Source: Perkinsela sp. CCAP 1560/9 (lineage: Eukaryota; Protista; Euglenozoa: Kinetoplastea). Taken from it: a DNA stretch of 64,000 bases. Position numbers and translations under genes: made by a program. The notes under the pieces were generated by a model. It had not been told where the DNA came from and did no database searches. It saw nothing but the letters and a program-made list of their open reading frames with translations. Shown here in pieces: positions 12,846 to 25,931 of the stretch. The stretch's first letter is position 1, and each line of letters begins with the position of its first letter. Location of the stretch: contig CBFFSA010000013.1 in NCBI GenBank assembly GCA_965644495.1, positions 358,001 through 422,000 on the forward strand, read 5' to 3'.

Positions 12846-15800
12846 CAGAAGAACTTCGACCAGAACGTATCCGACGCGCTCTACACGCATGTCGTTCAGC
12901 TGCATCTGCAGAAATACTTGCCTTGCACTTTGTGCAATAGAATGAAGCATGTACTCGAGGTTCGACCACGTGAGGGAGCCCAGCCTTGGTGCATAAATCT
13001 GAAAGCAAACGGATCAGGTGTGTGTGTTTCTTCGTGGTGTTCATACATGAACATTGTGCGCAGCCCGCAACATGATGAAGAAGGCCGTTTCCTTCTTGCT
13101 GTGACCCGCATCCCGGACAATGGCAAATCCCTGAGGCTTTCGGGAGTGATATCCCCAATCGCATCATTATGGAATATCGGAAAAGATAGGGACTGATGTA
13201 ATCATTAGTGGAGACCAAGTGTGAATTCGAGTCCTTTGTTCTGCTAATAACTTCACTTAATCGCTTGTTTGCTTTGATTTCTGACAGCACTTTTGTTTGC
13301 TCTTCGCGAATTGCTTTAGAGGCCTTACTCTTTATTTTCATCGGATTCAAAGTAACGCCACTAACTTTCTCAACAGCTTGTTGACCTACCGGAGCTTTAG
13401 TGGATATTTTATGCTCATCAATAGATCGTCTGGCTGCTTCAAAAAAGTACCGTTGCTTTAAGGTGGACTGAGTGAGACCAAGACCTCCCATTTTTTGCGG
13501 TAGAGTTGCGAGGCGGAGTGAGTCACCTGTGGCGAGAAACCAGTGAGATAATTCTTGATATTTCAACATCGAAGCATTCCGCAATTTTCAGTGTAGCTGC
13601 TGGTTTGTGGACGCGCAAAAAGTAATCCTGTCGTGGAATCGTGCATCGTTGCAACATTGCTAACGAAAGATTGCTTGGGCCCATGATTTGCAAACGTCGA
13701 AAAAGGCATACATGCTTTACTGACTGTCGTACGAGCTTTTCACTAACGTCCTCATTCTCCCCTATGTAGGCGCCTAGGATCTTGACAGATTTCTCCGGTG
13801 ACGATAGACCAGCTTTCTGCAATGCCAATGGACAGTTTTTTGCTCCTTTCTGAAACCACTCTGTTTTATTGCAGTTGACATCAAGTGATAAGTCTTTAGA
13901 AAGTTCTTGAAGATGGAGGAAAGCGGCTTCTAGGGATAAAGTGTTTCGAGATGAAAGCGTGATGTCGTCCATATATGCTCGTATCGTGACTTCAGGAAAA
14001 AGATCGGCTACTTCAGCTAGGATGGGATGTATTAAGCTACAAAAGTAGAGAGATGAGAGCGCTGAACCTTGTCGTACCCCAGATGTGCTTTTGATTGTTG
14101 AATAGAGTGTGTTGTCAGCAAAGAAAAGAAGATCAGATGGCTCGGAGTACTCTAGGAAAAAGAGGCGCATAAATGGTCTGAAAACATCATGCTTTTGAAG
14201 AGTTTATGCAATGGCGATTCTGTTTGGTGTGTTGAATGCGTTGGTGTAATCGACTGTGACGATCTTGTGGTCTGCCTCGTATTCTTCTATCAGTTCATGC
14301 ACAATTTGCTCACACGCATTCTTTTGTAGTATGCCTCGTTGGAAGGGTTGAAAGTGCTTTTTAAGCGCGTCTTCATGTCGTTGCAAAAGAATGATGCCAC
14401 ACACTTTAAGGATGGTCTCTCCTATAGCGACCGCAGCAGTTTATTTATTTGTTTGGGCAAAGCTACTAATCTGCATCTTGTGAGTCGATCACGCACCGAG
14501 TTTGGAATGTCGCCATTGATCACCTCGCGAAACATGTGGCATAAGCAAATGCTGGATTCTTCATCGTCGGCGAGAAGTCGCAACACCGATTCGCTGAAAC
14601 CTGTAGGTCCGGGGGAAGCACCCTTTGCCAATTTGCTGGCTGCTAAGAGGAGTTCGTCTCGTTCAACAATTCCAATGCGCGGAAAGTCAACACTTATCGG
14701 CATTTGAGGCGTTTTCCCGGAAGGATGGAGACTTATTAGAAGAGAAACTTTTTCTTCGATAGTCAGGGGTGATTGTTTGTAGACGTTATCGAGAATACGC
14801 GTTGCTTTGCCTAGGTCTCCTGCTTTGGCCGTTCGTAAAGCATTGCGGATCGCTCGGCGGTCAGTTTCTAACTCTTCTTGTTCTTCTTGGCTGAGCTTGT
14901 CGACGTTGTATTCATATTTACTTTTACTTTTCGGCGCGTGAGTCGTGGCTCGTGTTCGCATTAGCATTTTCCCCACAGTGGTCAAAGCATCTCTCGGAGC
15001 ATTTAGGAACCTGTGCCATAGGGTTTCTTTTTCGGACAGAAGTTGTAAACGAGGATATTCGCGAATTGTCTCTCTGAAAATTGAAACCACATGTACAGCA
15101 AAGGACGGTTCTATTTGAGCTAGCGGTGGAAGTGGTTCCATGTCTCTGTGCGTGTCGGATTCCTTCGTCGTCTCTGACATGCTCTCCGGAAAATTTAGCG
15201 TGTTTACTCCTTTGCTTGGTATTCGATTTATCTTCGTAGCACAGATTTGAAAGACTCGCACTTTGTCAGACTGTGGAAGAAAGAGGTTTCCTTGGGGTCC
15301 GGTTTGTCCTTCAGCAGGGGAGTACGCAATCTTTATACGAACCTGACCTTTCCTTGAGACGCGGGACACTACTTCGCCGACAGAATGAAAAATTTCTTCT
15401 CCGTAGCGGAAGTTCCAAAGGATCTCGCATTGAGTACCGCGGCCCCATTCTGATACAATGTCTTGAACTTGGTCTGGCGCTTTCAAAATTCGTGTGCGTG
15501 CCAGCTCACTCTAATAGTCCACGTTTTGAAATTTAGCCGAGGGGCTGTTATGTATTTGCCTGCTGGCCCTTCGGGGCACATAGTTTCTTCGAATTATGTT
15601 TTGTATTCAGAATTTTACATGGGATGGGTATTTACTATTATCTTATATATCCTTGTTAGGTTGTTATTTTACTTCGCTTTAAGTTTTTGTGCCCACCCAC
15701 CAAGCCCCCAGCCATTTGGCCGAGGGTTCCGGTGGGGGGGAATCCCGTTAACAACGTGACACATGATTATTGGTTTTATGCAGGCTTTCTTTTGAACTAT

Positions 15801-16403
15801 GTTTGTGCATGTGAATTCTATCTATATATCGTATTATGTGTTCTTTGATTTTGGGACGATTTGGAAGTGTGATTATATTAGTCATAGGTATTTACTTATA
15901 TTTGTTTGTTACTTATAAGTTTCATAGAGCCCCCTCGGCGTGGATTTCATACACAGATCGTCGGATGACATTGTTTCAGATGAGGTACTTAGGCCATCGG
16001 TGTCCGCTGACATGTCGTCTTCATTTTGCGGCGCATTTTCAGTTATTTGGGGAGACTTCGATGGCATATCTGAGCTTGTTTGATCCGAAGGTCGTGAGTC
16101 TCCGATGATAACTTTGATTTTCCGTGGTTTGCTTTGTCGTGATTCTTGTCGTGTGATGCATTCTCGCGGTTCGATGTTCATTTCGTCTGAATTTGTGGAG
16201 TTGTCGTGAATGTCGCTGCTTTTGTCCATAATCTCGTTTAGACCTTTGCCCTTTAGACTACCTACTTTTCCTTTCCATTTCTTCGACACTTGAGGTAGAA
16301 TTGGTGTAGGGTAGTGTATTTCGTTCCAGTCGCTCTGTGGGTCGATATTGGATTCGTTGGTCGAGTGCTGCTTTGCAAGTTTGGAGCGCGTTAGCACAAC
16401 CAT
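12846..16403 (-). mobile_element. CRE/SLACS-like non-LTR retrotransposon, family B; frameshifted and 3'-truncated
   Basis: Start MVVLTRSK; RT motifs SPGPTG, VDYTNAFN, GVRQGSALS, AYMDD and GGLGL; CPGC..H..C zinc finger and the start of the RLE (EPR...RSG). Split across ORFs 15909, 14422, 14204, 13523 and 12814 and interrupted at 15514-15926. Confidence 0.9.
15514..15926 (+). mobile_element. Probable solo terminal repeat (A+B) of a divergent YR retroelement
   Basis: AT-rich 413-bp insert in the CRE-B ORF, flanked by TA. It contains cccacccaccaagcccc, and its joined ends give the imperfect palindrome aagtttca-ta...tgaaattt. Confidence 0.55.
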
Positions 16404-16423
16404 AAAGTTTTTGTAAAGTTTTA

Positions 16424-16884
16424 AAAGTTTACGAAAAGAATTGTACAATGGAAATTTTGATTTCTGAGAATTATATTTACGTTAGTTGGCCGACGGGCAT
16501 TGTACGTTTGTTATTCATAAACTAGTTTATATAGTGACACAAAACATTATACAGTGAACTGGTAATAGAGCGCGTTTTTATCCTTTGAAACTTTTTGCCC
16601 CACCCACCAACCCCCAAACCACTCCCCGCGTGGACACCCGTTCGAGAAAGGGAGGGAAGGGAGTTCTCTCCAGGAAAAAGTTCATGAGGTATATAAAATA
16701 GATTTGATACTTACTTCGCGAAGTTGATATTACAGTACTGGTGAAGATAATGTCTTTTACTCTGTTGTCCATGATGGATGTTATATTTCGGTAGCTCTGT
16801 AGTTCTACAGATTAAACATTACAGTTTACATACGCTTACTATATCTGATTGACTATATGTTTTTCTTCCGGAAGTGCAATTCAA
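16424..16884 (+). mobile_element. Solo A+B terminal repeat of a YR retroelement
   Basis: Begins aaagtttacgaaaagaattg and ends gcaattc. It carries cccacccaccaacccccaaaccactccccgcgtg, identical to the A2/B2 border at 45753-45786. Confidence 0.8.
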
Positions 16885-16889
16885 CGAAA

Positions 16890-18460
16890 AAAAAAACAAC
16901 AAGCAACAAGGTACAGAAGATGACGCAACTAAGATTTTAGGAGTCTTCATAGTGGATACTGACAACGTAGACAAATGCCTAGTTCATACACTCGAAAGGC
17001 ATGACAATATTTTTCGTCGTCTAAAAACAATGGGAATGTCCAATGTTTCGCTCAGCTTACTAACAAAATGCGTCAACGTGCGACAGCAATATCAAATGAG
17101 AGTACATCACCCTGACGCCACCGAGCGCGTATCTGAGAGATTTGATAAGAACGTTGAGGCAGTGTTGGAATCGTGGTTGGGCAAGCTTCGGACACAACAA
17201 GTTGAGCTTGCTAGATTACCCCTTAAGAAAGGTGGTTTGGGGCTCACCGCGTGCAAACCCACGCGGGAAGCTGCTTACAAATCGTCTCGATATGCGGTCT
17301 TTGGGCGCCGAAAGCCTTCTACAGCTCAAAGTGGCATATCAGGGCAAATGCAAGCCAGCAACGAGCAACAAATTCCACCGGAAGACGAGATCACGACAGC
17401 TGCAAAACTACACGAAAAAGCTTGGCAAAAACTAAATCAGGATCTTCACATGAATTCGATTCTTAAAAACACGTCCAGGAAAGGTAGTTACGACTGGATT
17501 ACACCTGCGACACGATACGTATCACCACATGTCTTCTCTTTATCCGTAATGCCTCGGCTTGGAATATCACATCCGAAAATCCCACAGAATTTATTGTGTC
17601 CCGGGTGCCGGAAAATACTGGACGGACGAAGCGCCCTGATACATATCCCAGGCTGTGTGCAATGCCCAGGCTTTAACGCGACATCGAAACATAACGCCCT
17701 CGTAAAGTATATCTATGATCTATGCATCAAAACGGGGATCCCCTGTGAAAGAGAGCCACGACATTTCAGCACATGGACATGCCTCACATGCAAACGAACC
17801 GTTGACCAAGACAATCATCAATTGCACCATAAAACATGCAGTGGCAAAAATTATCACCGCTCAGGACCAGATATCTTCATATACTGGAATACGGGAGCTG
17901 TTTTCTACGACTTAACCGTGATTCACGAATTGGCAGCCACACACGCGAAGAGCCATCCAGGACAACTGATGAAAGAAGCGACTGAACGTAAAATAGAAAC
18001 GTATGTCCGATCAGGTATGATATCCGAAGAGTCGTTTCTTTGCCTACCGGTGCTCTCCTCTGGGTCACTCCACGCGAACACGCTAAACCTGATTCACGAA
18101 CTTGCAGATGCGTCGCTTACGGACAGGAACAATGCCATCTTATCATTTAAACTATTGCTACAAGAGCTAAATGGGTCACAAATTTATGCTGAACTGCGAA
18201 AGTTCTTAGCAGTAGATACGGAAGCGTCTCAAAAGGCAATTTAATACTATGAACATACGATGAGATATTTCTTATATCAATACTACACAGATTTAGATAT
18301 AGAGCTTACAAAGACGCGTAAACTCTTAGTTTTTTTACCTCCCCATCATAATGGGGGGTAGCGCCAGAACAGAAAACTTTTTAATCTAAGGTGTGAAGAT
18401 ATTTAAGGGAAAGTAACAGCAGAGGGGCGTATGTTTTCTTGGATGGCATGCAAAAAAAAA
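16890..18460 (+). mobile_element. 3' half of a CRE-like element, family C (ORF to 18244), with 3'UTR and poly(A)
   Basis: KILG, LPLKKGGLGL, CPGC..H..C..C, EPR..SGPD..YDLTV..K RLE motifs; A-tail at 18452-18460. Confidence 0.9.
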
Positions 18461-19000
18461 ATCATGCGCTCTCAGGCCCGCATGATGGTCTCCCGGATAG
18501 TCGTCAGTGACCCCCAAGCTCCCCTGGAAGAGGAGTAGGGCCCACAGGCATGGTCCTCTAGGGTAACAAGACGATTAGGGTGCTGGTCGCGTCGACAGAG
18601 TCTATACTCACGCCTAGCCCGCGAGGGCTAGGTACCCCAAGTGAGGTAGTACACGGGCAGTGAATCTCCTCCCCGTCGGCCAGCATCCTGTTTCGCGACC
18701 GTGTCGCTGTCGACACAGGCCCGCGCCTGCGCCCTCCCATATAGCAAGGGAAGGGTTCACAAGTCAGGCCGTGGAGTGGTCGAAAGACCCGGTCCGGAAC
18801 GCGCGAATGGATTGGATCTGGATTGCTTGTTTTTATTTTTACTGTGTCTTGTTTGTCGTATATACTTAGGGGAGATTGAATTGCTAGTTTTGGGCTGAGA
18901 AAAAAGAAAAAGAAAATATACTTCTGTGGAAATAAAAAGAATTGCTAATTTGATTGCTTGTTTTAAATTCATATACCCCCCCAATGGACCAAAAAAAAAA
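18461..19000 (+). mobile_element. Severely 5'-truncated family-A element (ORF end, 3' RNA module, poly(A))
   Basis: Encodes MRSQARMMVSR; module at 18578-18810; A10 tail. Confidence 0.85.
18578..18810 (+). ncRNA. Conserved structured 3'UTR RNA module (other copies at 20228-20458, 25244-25476, 26280-26512, 31619-31851, 36021-36253)
   Basis: Near-identical non-coding block with GCGA and GAAA tetraloop hairpins, a 12-bp closing stem and pairing-preserving substitutions. Confidence 0.75.
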
Positions 19001-20760
19001 GCAGTCCTCCATGCGTATGAATGGAACATATGCCCGCTTAGCTCCTCAGCTCGTTCACAAGTTCAACGCCCGAAACGGTATGGAGGTTTTGGTCTCCGAT
19101 CTGCATCTGCGCACCGCTCAGCGGCGTACGTGTCTTCAGTTGCTTTTGCTGCAGAGACGGATCGTTGGCTACCGTCAGATGCAGAAGGATTCTCTTCTGC
19201 AGTCCTGGACATCAATCGCCGGAGCGGAGGCCCCGTAGTTGATCCGGACACGGGAAGAGCATTAGAGGAGATCATCTCCCCTTTTCCGAAAGGATCTAGT
19301 CAAAGTACAGAAACGGACAATTCTTGCACCCCCCGTCAACGTGCCTTGAGCGACGCAATCTCGGCGCACGAATTTTCATGTGCGTACGCAGCGGCGGACA
19401 GTAGCACTCGCGCGAGGTGCACCTCTCAGACTGGAGATGGGGCCAGCAGCTGGGCATTTTGCATCCCATCAACAGAGCTTGGCCACGCTTACACACCCAC
19501 AGAATTCCGCGCCCTCTCCAGGTGGTGGTTAGGTGCCAAGGTCTACAACGAGTTGAGCACGTGCCCAATTAACACATGCCAACAACCTCTCGACCTCGAA
19601 GGAAACCATGCAGTGTCTTGCAAAAGTGGGAATGGACTGATCTCCCGCCACAATGCGCTCATTACACAATTCACCGACACGTGCTCCAAGGCGAATTTAT
19701 CACCTTCACGTGAGGTAAGCCTGGGGAACCTAGGGCCTGGCGTCTGTCCCACGAGGCCGGGCGATGTCTTTATTCCGGGCTATGAGAAAGCTCAAGGTCT
19801 GGTGCTTGATTTTGCTGTCACCCACGTTCAGCAACCTAAATACACGGACTTAGTCCGCAACGCTAACGGGGTGGCGGCAGGATCATTTGCGGAGCACTAC
19901 GCCGCTTCTCACAAGGTGAAAGAGAGAGAGGAGGCGGAACAAGCAAAACATGTATTTGTTGCCATGGTGGTAGAATCATATGGTGCTTGGAGTGCAAGTG
20001 CCCTATCAATCCTTAGATGGGTGGGGAAGCATCGCGCCTCATGCTCCCAGGGGGCTCTATCTCAAGAAGCAGCTACCCGTCAGCTGCTTCAAGAGCTTAA
20101 CCTCACCCTGATGCGTTCTCAATCGAGAATGCTTGTCTCACGCATGCCGGCTGAAGATCCACAACCGGCACTTATTTTGCAGTAGCCTAAACCAAGGCTC
20201 GCGGATCCCGGCATGTTCGAAGGCTGAGGGTGCTGGTCGCGTCGACAGAGTCTACTCACGCCTAGTCCGTCAGGGCTAGGTACCCCAAGTGAGGTAGTAC
20301 ACGGGTAGTGAATCTCCTCCCCGTCGGCCAGCATCCTGTTTCGCGACCGTGTCGCTGTCGGCACAGACCCTTTGCTTGCGCCCTCTCGTACAACAAGAGA
20401 AGGGTTCACAAGGCAAGCTGGGAGAGGTCGAAAGACCCGGTCCGGAACGCGCGAATGGTTAGGTGAAAGCCCCCCCTAGCAGAGGGAGATCTTACCCTCC
20501 CTGGAAAGTTGGAAAGATTGGTAAGGGCAAGTGGGTAAGATGGGAAAGCAGATTTGTTAGTTCTATATTTAAAAAAAAAAAGGGGGTAAGGACGGGGATG
20601 GATGAGAGGGTTAAGGGAAAGTGTGGAAAGTGGGGAGTAAGTACGGTGAAGTGGGGAGAGTAAGTACGGTGAAGTGTGAAAAGTGTGCGAAAGTGTTCGA
20701 AAAGTAGATAAAAACGTTAAACTCAATACTATTCCCCCCCCAAAAAAAAATACAAAAAAA
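19001..20760 (+). mobile_element. 5'-truncated family-A CRE-like element (thumb, zinc finger and RLE; stop at 20185)
   Basis: GGFGLRS, CP..C..H...C, RHN, TRPGD and LDFAVTH motifs; module at 20228-20458; purine-rich UTR and poly(A). Confidence 0.9.
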
Positions 20761-20838
20761 AACGATAAAGATACAGTTTTAACGATAAAGATACAGTTTC
20801 TGTACCTTGTTGTTTCTGTACCTTGTTGTACCTTGTTG
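20761..20838 (+). other. Stacked spliced-leader-like exon copies
   Basis: Partial SL, then full aacgataaagatacagtttctgtaccttgttg (20781-20812), then tttctgtaccttgttg, then taccttgttg. It shares the euglenozoan SL core ACAGTTTCTGTAC..TTG. Confidence 0.85.
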
Positions 20839-23800
20839 ATTTATTTCCTAATCCTCTCCAAATGGTCGCGTTGACTCGCTCCGTAGCCATACGCTCGGGC
20901 CAACACATTGAAACTCCACCCTTACCTTTGTGCCACGGACATAAGAACCGCCCCCTGAAGGATTCCTTGCTTCCAAACCCCCACGACGCAAAAACTTCCC
21001 CGACGGATTCACCGGTAAAAATTTCTGATCTCCCTCGCGAAGATTCCACTAATCTTTGCAAACACATATGTAAAAACAAACTGGCATGCAAACACAGTTG
21101 TTGCAAGCGCACAGTGGAGGCGCCTATTGACAGTTCCCATCACATACATACAGTTTGCATACGTACTGGTGACGACCGTCTTCTTCATACTAAAGTACAC
21201 TAGCGTTATTGTAGGGAACGTCCTCGCCCTAGGATGCACGGTGACTTGGACAGTCGCATGCCTGGTCGGGAGCATTATATTGAAAACGCGTAGTCTGCTT
21301 TCACTTCGTTCCAAGGACGTTGCCGCACCAGGTCATGACCCCCCTGTGACGCTAAACCTCTGCACACGTAAACGAAATTGTGTCTCACCGCAACCTGCTC
21401 CCCCCACCTCGTTCTCTATTACCTTGAGCAATCCTCCTAGCTTTGAGTTATCGATTCCTGTATCCCCAACCGACGAGACTGACTCAACTCAGGAGACCGT
21501 ACTATGCGACCCTCACCGCGCTGTGACTCTAGCTGGTCCTGCAACGGAAGCTGTCGTGCCACCTCTTCATTCTGCGGGGGACCCGCCCCTCCCGGAACGT
21601 CGGTACTGTCCGGCAGACGGATGTGCGTGGTCCGCACAATCCCACGGCGGCAAATGGCAAGCTTTTTATAATCATGTGGCCTCCCGACACGCCGAAGGCA
21701 TACCGCTAGAGTGATGGGCACGTGAAGGCAGATTTCTTTGCACGGTGTGCAACAAACATTTTGTGTTGACCAAGAAGGAAGCCCATTCAATTCAATGCTA
21801 CGGGGCGGACCCACCTCCCACACAGCCATCACCAACAACAGATCTTCCTGACCCCGCGTACCCTTCAGAGACGCCAGAGGAATCTAGCTTACCGCCCACT
21901 ATAGACCCACCATGTTTCCCTAGCCTAAGAGCCGTCTGTACAACACCTATGACCACGTCCAAAGACGTTCCTTTCCGATGCCGACGCCAGTGGGCTTCGG
22001 TCCTAACAGCCACCGTCGCAACAGCCGAGAGGGAGAACACCGTCGCTGCATGGACACGACTAGCGATGCTTCCGAAATGTGTCCTTCCAGCCCCGCATAG
22101 AAGAGGACGAAAGGGAAATAGCTCGTACGCCTCCCACGTGCGGAAATGTCTGGATCGCTGGGAAGCACACGAATATTCAGCCCTGTGGAAAGAAGCTGTA
22201 CTTGAACACCAGAAGAAGAGGAAGCAAGGATCCGGAGCAGGTACACTACTGGATGAGGAAAAGAAAGCGATTCGCTCCGAACTACTGGTCCGTCAAGGAG
22301 AAGTTTCTCGAGGAATAGCTGCACTCACTTCGGCGCCAATGGCACCCGACAATGAGGAGACATATAACAAACTAGTCACCAAGCACCCGAGCCGGCTGTT
22401 CGGTCCACTACGCCAAAGCGCACCGTCCTCCAACGAAATCATTTCCTTGACTGTCAATGAGGATGATGTACGAAAGGCGATCCAAAGCTTTAACAGGGGC
22501 TCCTCAGGTGGAACCATGGCGCTACGAGCGGAACACATACAAGCGGCATTATTCGCTGGAACTGACACGGATGTTCATCCCCTCGAGAGTCTCACAAAGC
22601 TTGCCAATCACCTACTCGCCGGTAAGGCTCCAGTTGAAGCACAACAATATTACGCAGGGGCTCGATTGTGTGCATTGCAGAAAGGGCAAAATGATGTAAG
22701 ACCTATCGCAGCAGGGGAAACGTTGCGCCGCATGGTCAGCAAGGCTGCCTGCTCTGTTGTAAAGTCCAAAGCTAGCACACTTTTCCAAGGACGTCAATAT
22801 GGTGTGGCAACGGCATCTGGCTCCGAAAGGGTTATCCACCTCTGCCGCCAAGTGGTGGAGTCCACAAAGAATGACCCAGAATTTGTCTTATGCAAGGTGG
22901 ACCTTCGTAACGCATTCAATACGGTTTCCAGGGCGGCGTTCATATCCCTATCAGAAAAGCACTTCCCCGAGTTGACTCCTTGGATAAATTGGTGCTACGC
23001 CACCGATAGCGCACTCACATATGGTTCTCAAACAGTTGCCTCCACCGAAGGAGTTCAACAGGGGGACCCTTTAGGGCCCCTCCTTTTCTCCATGGTTCTG
23101 CGAGAGATTACTGAACTGATCGAGAATGAAGTGCCCAGCGGACTCCTCTTGCACCTTTGGTATCTCGATGACGGTGTTTTAGCCGGAAAATCCGACAGCG
23201 TACGGAGGGCGTTGGATGCTATAGCATGTGCGGGACCTCAGTGGGGGCTCCATCTTAATGCGAGTAAATGCGAGATAATATCTCATCCGGTATCCTCGCG
23301 TTGCACGGACTCATTCACTACCATCCCAGCCAGAATGAAAAATCACGAAGGAAACTTTAGCATCTTGGGTAGCCCAGTAGGGTCAGAAGAGTTCTGTATT
23401 GAATACCTACGTGAGTTTGCGATCGAACCTGCGGAAGCAACTCTAAAGGCGATAGGCATACTAGAAGACCCACAGGTAGCCCTCGCGCTAATTCGCTACT
23501 GCTCTGGCTTTTGCCAATTAGTCTACTCCCTCCGCACAACGCCACCAAAATACATGGTAGACCTCTGTCAGAGGCTTGATAACGCCGTGCTCCGCGCTAC
23601 GGAGCTTATACTCTGTCCTCTAGACGCCCCGGCACTAGCACAAATCCAACGCGACAAGAGACATGGTGGTTTTGGCCTAAGATCCTCCGTTATACATTCA
23701 TCTGCAGCTTATGTCTCTCCAGCAGCCTTTGCGGGTTCTCAAGATGACTGGGCACCGTCAGAGACGAAATGGTTTTCCGAGGCAGTGGAGCGTGTTAACC

Positions 23801-24903
23801 GCCAGGCGGGAAAGACTTTGGTGGATTCGACAACCGGCAAAATACAGGAGGCACTAATCCACAAAGATTATAACGCATCAACCAACCCTCTCAATGCACA
23901 CCATGATCACAGCCTAGATGCCGGGATGAATGAAAAGCTGATTATCCCGCGACAGAAACACCTTTGTCGCGAGATAGGCGACCGGGAATTTTCTTCAGCA
24001 TATGAGGCAGCAGACTGCAACACACGCGCACGTTTGATTTCGCAAACTGGGAGAGGGGCCGCGAGTTGGGCATTCGTTATTCCCTCCAAGGAGAGAGGAT
24101 ACTCTTACACTCCTACTGAGTTTCGCGCCTTGTCCCGCTGGTGGTTGGGAGCAGACATTTACCCCGGAACGCGGCCCTGTCCTATGGGGAGCTGTCAGCA
24201 ACCGTTGGGACCAAAAGGCGACCATGCCGTGTCCTGTAAGTGTGGACATGGCATCATGACGCGCCACAACGCGATGGCGTGTCAATTTGTCGATTTCTGC
24301 AGTAAGGCGCACCTCGCCCCCCAACGGGAGGTAAGTCTTGGCAATCGCGGTCCCGCTGGAGCGCCCACGAGGCCTGGTGATGTCGTTTTGCCCAGCATTG
24401 GCTTAGGCAAGTCTCTGGTGCTTGATTTCGCCGTTACCCACGTTCAGCAACCCAAATACGCGGACCTCGTCCGTAACGCTAACGGGGTGACGGCGGGATC
24501 ATTCGCCGAGAGCTATGCCACAAGCCATAAGCAGGTGCAGCGACGGGACGCCGAGACTGCTGGGCACGACTTCGCGGCCATGGTCGTAGGCTCCTATGGC
24601 TCGTGGTCCGACAGCGCCCTCGCTGTGCTTAAGAAGGTTGGAGCGTGGCGCTCTGCTACGTCCCAAGGGACGATGGACAGGGGAAAGGCGACGGCAAATC
24701 TCATCCGTGACTTGAATGTCACTTTAATGCGAGCTCAGGCTCGTATGATGGTGGCGCGGATGGCAGAAGATGACCCGGATCCACCTCTGCTCCTGAATTA
24801 GAGGGTGATGCACTTTTTTTTCTTTTTCTTTTCTTTGGCTTGGTTTCGTCAAATAGAGTGATTTGTTGTAGATTGATTTATAGAGATAAATTTGAAAAAA
24901 AAA
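20781..24903 (+). mobile_element. Full-length SL-capped family-A CRE-like element, inactivated
   Basis: ATG at 20862 (MVALTRS); zinc fingers; RT (RPIAAGE, DLRNAFN, GVQQGDPLGP, WYLDD); RLE; stop at 24801. One early frameshift and a TGG>TGA stop at 21712 where paralogs have WW. Confidence 0.92.
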
Positions 24904-25709
24904 TCGCGGGAAAAAGAGCCGCAGCATGTAAGGGTGATATGTCCGAGCAAGCGTCAATGTTTTTTCTTCTCCAGGACATGAACGTTACGCTCATGCGGTC
25001 TCAGGCACGAATGCTTGTAAGACGCATGGCAGACGTGGATATCCATGCCAGGCTCGCTTTCCTGCACGAGGCACCCTCTGACACCACACCAAATCGTGCC
25101 AGCGGCGGTCCGGCAGGAGCGATCGAGCCTACAGTGCCTATTCTCACGCCTCGCCTTCGTGAGTGAGGTACCCCAATGTGAGATAGGTAGGGATTCGGTC
25201 TGACAGTCCTATTTCAGCACGAAGACGCCATGGTATCCAGGACGGGTGCTGGTCGGGTCGACAGAGTCTATGCTCACGCCTAGCCCGCGAGGGCTAGGTA
25301 CCCCAAGTGAGGTAGTACACGGGTAGTGAATCTCCTCCCCGTTGGCCAGCATCTTGTTTCGCGACCGTGTCGCTGTCGACACAGGCCCGCGCCTGCGCCC
25401 TCCCATATAACAAGGGAAGGGTTCACAAGTCAGGCCGTGGAGAGGTCGAAAGACCCGGTCCGGAACGCGCGAATGGATTGGGAATGGATTGCTTGTTTTA
25501 ATTTTTACTGTTTTTCTTGTTTGTAGTATGTACTTAGGGGAGACTAAATTGCTAGTTTTGGGCTGAGAAAAAAGATACACCTGTGGAAAGAAAAAAGAAT
25601 TGCTAATTTGATTGCTTGTTTTCAACTCGTATACCCCCCAATGGACATACTTGGTTCGTCTACTGGGTCAAAATATAGAGGCAATGCCGCGATTCATAAA
25701 AAAAAAAAA
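24904..25709 (+). mobile_element. 5'-truncated family-A stub with 3' RNA module and poly(A)
   Basis: MNVTLMRSQARMLVRRM; module at 25244-25476; A-tail. Confidence 0.85.
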
Positions 25710-25931
25710 CTGATACCGTACATTCATAGAAAGTTAGAACTCATACTCTTCCCCCCAATTAATTGCAAAAAAATAAATAAATTAAAAGCAAGAAAAAAAT
25801 TCAAAAAAGTGTACACCCTCAAAAATTGTCTAGTCATTAGAGTAAAAAAAAAAAAAACAAACTTACTGACAGGTCTGCAGGCAGGTGAAATCGAATAAAA
25901 AAAAAAAAAAAAGGGAGGAATCACCCTCCCT

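Noticed and set aside
18660-18815. HDV-like ribozyme in the 3' module (UCCUCC.. and GCGAAUGG resemble L3 and J4/2)
   Set aside because: I could not build P1, P3 and P1.1 in the required nested order.
18558-18898. Recurrent small ORFs (MNLLPVGQHP..., MGGRRRGPV...) as real peptides
   Set aside because: They arise from the conserved RNA module, often with GTG starts, and indels between copies break the frames while pairing is kept.
20761-20838. Bona fide SL RNA gene
   Set aside because: None of the four SL copies is followed by a GT donor, intron or T-tract, and there is no tandem gene unit.
21712-21714. TGA read as Trp (alternative genetic code)
   Set aside because: It is a single case in a copy that also has a frameshift. 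TGA terminates other ORFs (57108, 58239, 59849) and Trp is TGG elsewhere.
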